A DNA stretch of 9,679 nucleotides from Octopus vulgaris (taxonomy: Eukaryota): assembly GCA_951406725.2 (NCBI GenBank), contig CATOCA020000068.1:1-9679 (forward strand), read 5' to 3'. The position numbers and the translations under genes are program-made. Positions 1 through 9,679 of this stretch are shown here, piece after piece; within the stretch, counting starts at the first letter, position 1, and each line of letters opens with the position of its first letter. The notes beneath the pieces were generated by a model, which saw nothing but the letters and a program-made list of their open reading frames with translations, was not told the DNA's origin and did no database searches.

Positions 1-1406
1 ACTCTCTTACATACTTTTAGGAGGATTGCCGGGAATCCATCGGGGCCAATAGCTGAGTCTGTTTTCATTTCATCTATAGCCTTTATTACATCGTCTTCCT
101 TTATATCGATGTAATTTATCGTCGCCGCCTCTGATTCTATATCTGCAGTGGTAAAGAAGTCAGTTGGATTGCTGATTTGGAAATGCCCAAGGGGTGGAGT
201 GAAAACACTCTTGAATTGTTCATTCAGTATTTCACTTACTCTCATTGGTTTTCCTGTGAGTGTGCCATTCTTTTCAAGGAGTGGCCCTATCCTACAGTGC
301 ACCGTAGCTGTTTCTTTGGCATACCTGTAGAAAGCTCTGGGGTTAGTTTTTATGTTGTCTATAGCCCAGGCTTCTTTGTCTGCTCTTTCCTTCTCATGGG
401 AGAGTTGCAGACAATTTTCAATTTCCAACAGTTTTATTTTCAGGCGGGACTTTTCACTGCTTTCAATTTGTTTGTTTAGGCGATTTGAAATTTTTGTACG
501 CCGTCTCATTAAAATTTTCCTCTCTGGGGATTTTGTTCTTGTGTACAGTGGCCTTTCTCTCTGGGACACATTTGTAGCATATGGCTTGCATTACAGACAT
601 GAATTGTTGAAGTATCATGTTGATGTCCGGCGAGGAGAGACATTGAGGCCAGTTTTGTTTGAGGATCTCTTTTCAATTTGTTTCCAGTTTGCCTTATTGA
701 AGTTCAAGCTGGAAAGATTCTGAGGGTTTCTTGTAGGCTGCATGTCCGTGCTCTCTTTTGGCCCGTACGTGGTCAGCTCTACCATGTTGTGATCCGAGAG
801 TAGTGTCGGTGTCACTTTCACATTATGGATGAGATCCATATTATTTGTGAAGCAGAGATCCAGTGTGTTACCTGCTCTGGTTGGTTGGAGTATTACTTGC
901 TCCATGTACAGGGTGTTGGTGAGGTTCAGGAGGGACCTCGCCTGTCCTCGTTCACATCTTGTCATTCCTGCGAGAGAAAGGCCCTCGGGCCATCTGACAT
1001 TGGGTAGATTGAAGTCTCCCATGAGAAGTACACTTATGTGTTGTTCTAATGTGGTTAGAACTTCTTCTATTTTTAAAAGGCAGTCCTCAAACTTGCCCAT
1101 ATGACTTGGGGCATCTGGAGGGCGATATGTAGCACACACAACTACATCAAGTTGCCTTATGTGTACAATTAGTGTGTCACACACCGAGTTTGAGTATGAC
1201 AAAAGGACCTGGGGTGTGAGGTCCTCACGGATGTACATAGCAACTCCTCCATGACTCCTTTCTTTCCTGTCGGTCCGTAGTACAACATACTGTGGTATGT
1301 GTAATTCCGCATCTGCTATGTCCGGTTTCAGATGCGTTTCTGTGAGTGCTATGCATAAGGCTTGATTGCATGCGACAAAGTCTCTCAAGAATCTGACCTT
1401 TGCCTG
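1..1406 (-). mobile_element. LINE copy 1, inverted 5' segment (endonuclease, linker, start of RT); continues off the left edge
   Basis: Direct repeat of 5618-~7035 with scattered substitutions and small indels. Near-exact match ends at 1387 (=7015) and is weak to 1406. Confidence 0.93.
615..1406 (-). pseudogene. Endonuclease domain of copy 1, open frame lacking the N-terminal NIRG motif
   Basis: ORF 615-1451 has [28 protein letters not shown] and SDH (789-797). A 1-nt deletion near 670 relative to copy 2 shifts the frame. Residues encoded beyond ~1406 come from junction sequence. Confidence 0.88.
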
Positions 1407-1439
1407 ATCAGCCAAGGTCAAGTTGGAACATTCACGGAT

Positions 1440-2714
1440 GTGCTGAAACAACTAGAGGAAGAAGGCTTCTGCACGTCTTTCTCTGATAAATCGATCATGG
1501 AATGATAGTCGTGTCTGGCATAGTTGGAAAACTGTGGCTTCACGATTTCTCTGAAGAATAGAAGTCAGGTGGTAGTAGCACCACTTCCATTAGCACGCAA
1601 ATAGTGAGCGGTGTTCCACAGGGCACTGCCTTGGGACCACTACTGGTTCATAATGGCCCTCTTCAGACCATGCCCTCAGCCACGTGGAGAGCCACGATCA
1701 CAAGTTATGCAGATGATACAAAAGTCACAGGCAATACAGAACCCTGACAGGCACCTGCAATATGAGCTGGATGAAATATACAAGGGCTGAAAAGAATAGC
1801 ATGCAGTTCAATGCTGAAAAGTTTCAAGCTTTATACTATCAGCATGCAAAACTGAATGCAATACCCATACACTGGACCCGGGAGGGAATCCGTGGTCCCA
1901 GAGGCATAATCAGTGCGTGACCTTCACATGAGTGATGACGGGACCTTTCATGTACATGTTGCTAAACTGAGAGTGAAATGCAGATTATCTGGCTGGATGA
2001 ATTCCCCGAACCTTTAGAACAAGAGAACAAGAAACCATGATGGTCCTCTGGAAGGCCGCTTGTCCTAAGTCACTTTGACTATTGCTCTCAGCTATGGTCA
2101 CCATCCAGTGTCAAGTTGATCACAGAACCTGAGGCGATCCAACGAAGCTACACGAAGAAGATAGCCTCTATGCAGAATGTAAGCTACTGGGGAAAGACTC
2201 AAGAGATTAAAATCTAACCATTCCTGGAGCGTAGGCGGGAAAGATGCCATAATATACATCTGGAAGATCCTGGAGGGAAGTGTCCTGAACTTTGGCATCG
2301 AGAGTTACGCAAACGCCAGAACTGGGCGCCACTGCGTGGAGTGCTCTAGGACTCAGTTCCAAACCTGCCATCAAGATGTAGGACAAGATCTTGTGATAGC
2401 CTGGGCTTCCGAGGCCCACAGCTCTTCAATATCCTCCCGATGAATCTGGAGAGACCTGCATGGGGTGGATACAGATGTCTTAAAATGGAGCTGGATCTCT
2501 TCCTGTCAGGTGTCCCAGATGAACCAACTGCTCACGGTAGGAGGGGGCAGATGAGGTGAAGCTGCATCTGAACTCTCTCATGCACACAAATAGCAGTTGC
2601 TTTGAAGTCTATTTCCATGAAGTGAAAGGCAGTAGCACAAATGTGGTGCCCCGCTACATGAGCCACAGCTCATAAGCTGAAACTGGAATCAATCAATCAA
2701 TCAATCAATCAATC
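1440..2714 (+). mobile_element. LINE copy 1, sense 3' segment (late RT, C-terminus, 3' UTR, tail), heavily indel-disrupted
   Basis: Reverse complement of 4033-5331. gtgctgaaacaact (1440-1453) matches 5318-5331, continuous homology runs from 1491, SGVPQG lies near 1607-1624, YADD at 1706-1717, stop-equivalent TGA at 2618-2620, then (AATC)7. Confidence 0.92.
2687..2714 (+). repeat. (AATC)7 3' tail of LINE copy 1
   Basis: Seven perfect AATC units follow gctgaaactgg and run directly into (TA)n. Confidence 0.95.
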
Positions 2715-4032
<1,318 letters not shown>

Positions 4033-4052
4033 GATTGATTGATTGATTGATT
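4033..4052 (-). repeat. (AATC)5 3' tail of LINE copy 2
   Basis: Five GATT units on plus, adjoining ccagtttcagc. Confidence 0.95.
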
Positions 4053-4059
4053 CCAGTTT

Positions 4060-4073
4060 CAGCTTATGAGCTG
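4060..4073 (-). promoter_or_regulatory. Candidate 3' UTR stem-loop (CAGCT-CATA-AGCTG), putative RT recognition signal; second copy at 2666-2679 (+)
   Basis: A 5-bp stem with 4-nt loop sits 7 nt before the tail and is identical in both copies. Function is inferred by analogy with stem-loop-dependent L2/CR1-group LINEs. Confidence 0.5.
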
Positions 4074-4789
4074 TGGCCATGCTGGGGCACCGCCATTTGG
4101 TGTTGCTACTTGGTTTCACTTCATGGAGGCTTTCTAGCAACTGCTATTTGGTGCATGAGAGAGTCTGATGCAGCTGCCCTCATCTGCCCCTCCTGCCGTG
4201 AAGTTGGTTCATCTGGGACACCTGACAGGAAGAGATCCAGCTCCATTTTAAAGACATCTGTATCCACCCCATGCAGGTCTGTCAGGTTCATCCGGAGGAT
4301 ATTGAAGAGCTGTGGGCCTCGGAAGCCCAGGCTATCACAGAATATTGTCCTACATCTTGATGGCAAGTTTGGAGTCCTTGGCACCACGCAGTGGCGCCCA
4401 GTTCTGGCGTTTGCGTAACTCATCGATGCCAAAGTTCAGGACACTTCCCTCCAGGATCTTCCAGATGTATATATGGCATATCTTTCCCGCCTACGCTCCA
4501 GGGAATATAATTTTAATCTCTTGAGTCTTTCCCAGTAGCTTACATTCTGCATAGAGGCTATCTTCTTCGTGTAGCTTCGTTGGATCGCCTCAAGTTCTGT
4601 GATCAACTTGACACTGGATGGTGACCATAGCTGAGAGCAATAGTCAAAGTGACTTAGGACAAGTGTCTTCCAGAGGACCATCATGGTTTCTTGTTCTCTT
4701 GTTCTAAAGGTTCTAAGAATCCATCCAGCCAGCCGTCTGCATTTCATTGTCAGTTTAGCAACATGTACATGAAAGGTCGCGTCATCACT

Positions 4790-5685
4790 CATGTGAATAC
4801 CCAGGTCACGCACTGATTGTGCCTCTGGGATTTACAATCCCTCCGGGGTCCAGTGTATTCCTTGGGTATTGCATTCAGTTTTGCATGCTGATAGTATAAA
4901 GCTTGAAACTTTTCAGCATTGACCTGCATGCTATTCTTTCAGCCCACTTGTATATTTCGTCCAGCTCATATTGCAGGTATAGTGTCTTCAGGGTTCTGTA
5001 TTGCCTGTGAAACTTTTGTATCATCTGCATAACTTGTGATCGTGGCTCTCCGCGTGGCTGACATAGTATGAGATGGCCATTATGAACAGTAGTGGTCCCA
5101 AAACAGTGCCCTGTGGAACACCACTCACTATTTGCGTGCTAATTATATATTGGCTACTACCACCTGACTTCTATTCTTCAGAAAGTCGTGAAGCCATTCT
5201 CCTAGTTTTCCAACTATGCCAAGATCACGCAGTTTGTGACATATCATTCCATGATCGACTATCGAAGGCCTTATGCTGAAGTCGAGATATATGACTTCCA
5301 CATTTGAGTGGTTGAGCAGTTGTTTCAGCACCCAGTCATAGTGCTGCAGGAGCTGAGTTAGCAGCTTCTTCTGGTCGGAATATACCATGTTGGGTGTCAG
5401 TAGCATGTTTTCTTCAAGGAAGGTGATTAGTTTCCTTCTGACTATTCGTTCCATGACCTTGCTGATGTGTGAGGTCAGAGAGATAGGTCTGTAGTTCTTG
5501 GCCTCCACTCTGCTACCTCCTTTATGAATAGGGCATATTTTACCTTCCTTCAGTTTTCTTGGAAGTTTGCCAGCTGCAAGGAAGCTCTGAAAGAGGAACT
5601 GCAGTAGTCTTGCTAAGACTCTCTTACATACTTTTAGGAGGATTGCCGGGAATCCATCGGGGCCAATAGCTGAGTCTATTTTCAT
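4790..5685 (-). other. Reverse transcriptase domain of copy 2
   Basis: GPDGFP, PIHKGG, NYRPISLTSHISKVMERIV, IYLDFS...VDH, SGVPQGTVLGPLLF (SGVPQG at 5108-5125), YADD (5020-5031) and RDLGI. Confidence 0.93.
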
Positions 5686-6404
5686 TTCATCTATAGCCTT
5701 TATTATCTTCCTTTATATCGATGTAATTTAACGTCGCACGCCTCTGATTCTATATCTGCGGTGGTAAAAAATCAGTTGGATTGCTGATTTGAAATGCCCA
5801 AGAGGGTGGAGTGAATATACATGCTTTTTGAATTGTTCATTCAGTATTTCACTTACCCTCATTGGTTTTCCTGTGAGTGTGCCATCCTTTCCAAGGAGTG
5901 GCCCTATCCTACAGTGCACCAAGTAGCTGTTTCTTTGACATACCTGTAGAAAGCTCTGGGGTTAGTTTATATCATGTTGTCTATAGCCCAGGCTTCTTTG
6001 TCTGCTCTTTCCTTCTCATGGGAGAGTTGCAGACAATTTTCAATTTCCAACAGTTTTATTTTCAGGCGGGACTTTTCACTGCTTTCAATTTGTTTGTTTA
6101 GGCGATTTGAGATTTTTGTGCGCCGTCTCATTAAAATTTTTCTCTCTCTGGGGATTTTGTTCTTGTGTAATATAGTGGCCTTTCTCTCTGGGACACATTT
6201 GTAGCATATGGCTTGCATTACAGACATGAATTGTTGAAGTATCATGTCGATGTCCGGCGAGGAGAGACATTCAGGCCAGTTTTGTTTGAGGATCTCTTTC
6301 TCAATTTGTTTCCCGTTTGCCTTATTGAAGTTCAAGCTGGAAAGATTCTGAGGGTTTCTTGTAGGCTGCATGTCCGTGCTCTCTTTTGGCCCGTACATGG
6401 TCAG

Positions 6405-7076
6405 CTCTACCATGTTGTGATCCGAGAGTAGTGTCGGTGTCACTTTCACATTATGGATGAGATCCATATTATTTGTGAAGCAGAGATCCAGTGTGTTACC
6501 CGCTCTGGTTGGTTGGAGTATTACTTGCTCCATGTACAGGGTGTTGGTGAGGTTCAGGAGGGACCTCGCCTGTCCTCATTCACATCTTGTCATTCCTGGG
6601 AGAGAAAGGCCCTCGGGCCATCTGACATTCGGTAGATTGAAGTCTCCCATGAGAAGTACACTTATGTGTTGTTTTAATGTGGTTAGAACTTCTTCTATTT
6701 TAAAAGGCAGTCTCAAACTTGCCCATATGACTTGGGGCATCTGGAGGGCGATATGTAGCACACACAACTACATCAAGTTGCCTTATGTGTGTACAATTAG
6801 TGTGTCACACACCGAGTTTGAGTATGACAAAAGGACCTGGGGTGTGAGGTCCCCACGGATGTACATAGCAACTCCTCCATGACTTCTTTCTTTCCTGTCG
6901 GTCCGTAGTACAACATACTGTGGTATGTGTAATTCCGCATCTGCTATGTCCGGTTTCAGATGCGTTTCTGTGAGTGCTATGCATAAGGCTTGATTGCATG
7001 CGACAAAGTCTCTCAGGAACGGGACTTTTGTCCTGTTACTGTGTTTTAGTAGTCCTCTGATGTTCAGTAGGAGCAT
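6405..7076 (-). other. APE-type (exonuclease-endonuclease-phosphatase fold) endonuclease domain of copy 2
   Basis: Motifs [44 protein letters not shown] and SDH (6417-6425). Confidence 0.92.
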
Positions 7077-7225
7077 CGAGGTGAGGTGTATGCTGTTGCC
7101 GGTGGTGTCCACCCTGGGTCCATCTGCTGTGGCGGTCTTGTAGAACTGTGGGCAGTTACATCTGCGAGCCTGAGCCTGATGGAGCCAGGTTAGCTGCTGT
7201 ACAATCTTTTGTGCCATGCACAAAA

Positions 7226-8758
<1,533 letters not shown>

Positions 8759-9163
8759 TTGAAAAGAATATTTTCGCTTTTATAGTATTTGCAACTAGAT
8801 CATACTTGCGAATACACGTGTTAAAACGCTCGTGTGTTACTTCCCGAAATCGAAGTGAATTTTATTCTTCGTCTGTGAATCAACAAGACACAGTATTTTT
8901 GAGAAGGATATTTTCGTTTTTGATGTATATCTTCGTGTTCTGAAAAAGCCTCTGAAAAATTTGCTGCTTAATACCAAATCGCTTAGGAAAATATAGAAAG
9001 TATCGTCAAACTGTTGCATGTACGAAATCGAACTCAAATCCCTTTTGTTTACAAAATACGATTAAGGAATATAAAAGTCTGTCTTATATCTGTCTATCTT
9101 CCTTTCTTATAAAAAGGAATCACGTAAGTACTCTCTCAGCCGGTAAGGTAAGGAAGATATTAT

Positions 9164-9467
9164 TTATTTGTTATCATTAGTGTTCTTTCAAACAGAAAAT
9201 AATAATTAAAAAAAAAAGATATAAAAATACGCGCTATTCTATCTTTATAATCTTTATAATTTCTTCCCCCGTACCTGCCACACACACTCTCTCCTTCTCT
9301 TTTTTACATTTCTATTTCTATCTCTCTCATACATTTTTATTATTTGTTATCATTAGTGTTCTTTCAAACAGAAAATAATAATTAAAAAAGATATAAAAAT
9401 ACGCGCTATTCTATCTTTATAATCTCTCCTCTCTTTCTTACATTTCTATTTCTATCTCTCTCATACA
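9164..9467. repeat. Two-unit tandem duplication (9164-9333 and 9340-9467)
   Basis: Both units begin ttatttgttatcattagtgttctttcaaacagaaaataataatt and end ttacatttctatttctatctctctcataca. Unit 2 lacks ~9254-9290 and has a shorter A run. Confidence 0.93.
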
Positions 9468-9469
9468 GT

Positions 9470-9679
9470 TTATACCTTATCTGTCTCTCCATCCACCAGA
9501 CCCTCTATTTCCGCTCTCACTCTCCCTCCTCCCTCTCTCTCCCTCTGCCATCGTTTCTCTTTCTGTATCTCTCTCAGATCAACTTTCTCTCACCTCACCC
9601 CCTCTCAGTTCCTCAACTTCACTCATTCTCTCTTGTATCTATATACCGCCCTCTCTCTCTCTCTCTCTCTGTTACTCCC
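9470..9679 (+). repeat. CT-rich low-complexity polypyrimidine tract ending in (CT)n
   Basis: Strong pyrimidine bias on plus, with (CT)~10 at about 9651-9670. Confidence 0.85.

Larger units (their letters stand above)
4121..7217 (-). pseudogene. LINE ORF2 (endonuclease-reverse transcriptase), broken by multiple frameshifts
   Basis: Pieces at 6783-7217, 6576-6767, 5967-6533, 5728-5922, 5143-5685, 4436-4813 and 4121-4432 are consecutive parts of one ~1000-codon frame. Candidate starts are ATG 7076 (MLLLNIRGL) or in-frame ATG 7217. Confidence 0.9.
4033..7225 (-). mobile_element. CR1-group non-LTR retrotransposon (LINE), copy 2; 5'-truncated, colinear, flanked on both sides by (TA)n
   Basis: Minus-strand ORF fragments give, in order, APE endonuclease, linker, RT and a CR1-like C-terminus (RDLGI, LSHFDYCSQLWSP, LEAIQRSYTK, SYWERLKRLKLYSLERRRER), then a stop at 4121, a ~70 nt 3' UTR and (AATC)5. 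No LTRs or TIRs. LINE call is firm; the exact clade is from motif recall. Confidence 0.93.

Noticed and set aside
148-1104. Plus-strand ORFs, repeated at 5877-6882, and similar ones at 2098-2419 (-), 4047-4524 (+) and 5073-5279 (+)
   Set aside because: Antisense shadows of ORF2 with no recognisable motifs. They recur only because the DNA is duplicated.
1407-1451. N-terminus MFQHIRECSNLTLADQ of the 278-aa ORF as a novel stand-alone nuclease start
   Set aside because: It reads across the inversion junction from a non-ATG start and replaces the conserved NIRG motif. No sign of a domesticated gene.
2687-2714. (AATC)n as a telomeric repeat or CRISPR-like array
   Set aside because: It is not TTAGG or TTAGGG and has no spacers. 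Its position is exactly the LINE 3' end in both copies.
4790-5685. RT as retron, group II intron, DGR, telomerase, Penelope or LTR-type
   Set aside because: An upstream APE domain, CR1-like C-terminus and short-repeat tail identify a LINE. There is no GIY-YIG, integrase, RNase H or LTR.
8837-9037. 66-aa minus-strand ORF
   Set aside because: Short, AT-rich, non-ATG start and no recognisable motif.

Overview
Eukaryotic (metazoan) repeat DNA with no supportable host protein-coding gene. The window holds two closely related copies of one CR1-group non-LTR retrotransposon (APE endonuclease + reverse transcriptase, (AATC)n tail), set tail-to-tail in long (TA)n microsatellite tracts. Copy 2 (4033-7225, minus) is colinear, 5'-truncated and frameshifted, and covers essentially all of ORF2. 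Copy 1 (1-2714) is internally inverted: endonuclease-to-early-RT on minus (1-~1406) is joined head-to-head to late RT + 3' UTR + tail on plus (~1440-2714), the geometry expected from twin priming. Both 5' break points carry a short fold-back palindrome, and the two 3' halves form a ~1.3 kb inverted repeat around a 1.3 kb TA tract. The right end has a CpG-retaining unique segment with clustered splice-donor motifs, a tandem duplication and a CT-rich tract. The many scattered 1-3 bp indels may be uncorrected long-read errors, so an assembly artefact cannot be excluded for the rearrangement. The host may be an invertebrate with a microsatellite-rich genome such as an octopod or decapod (impression only).
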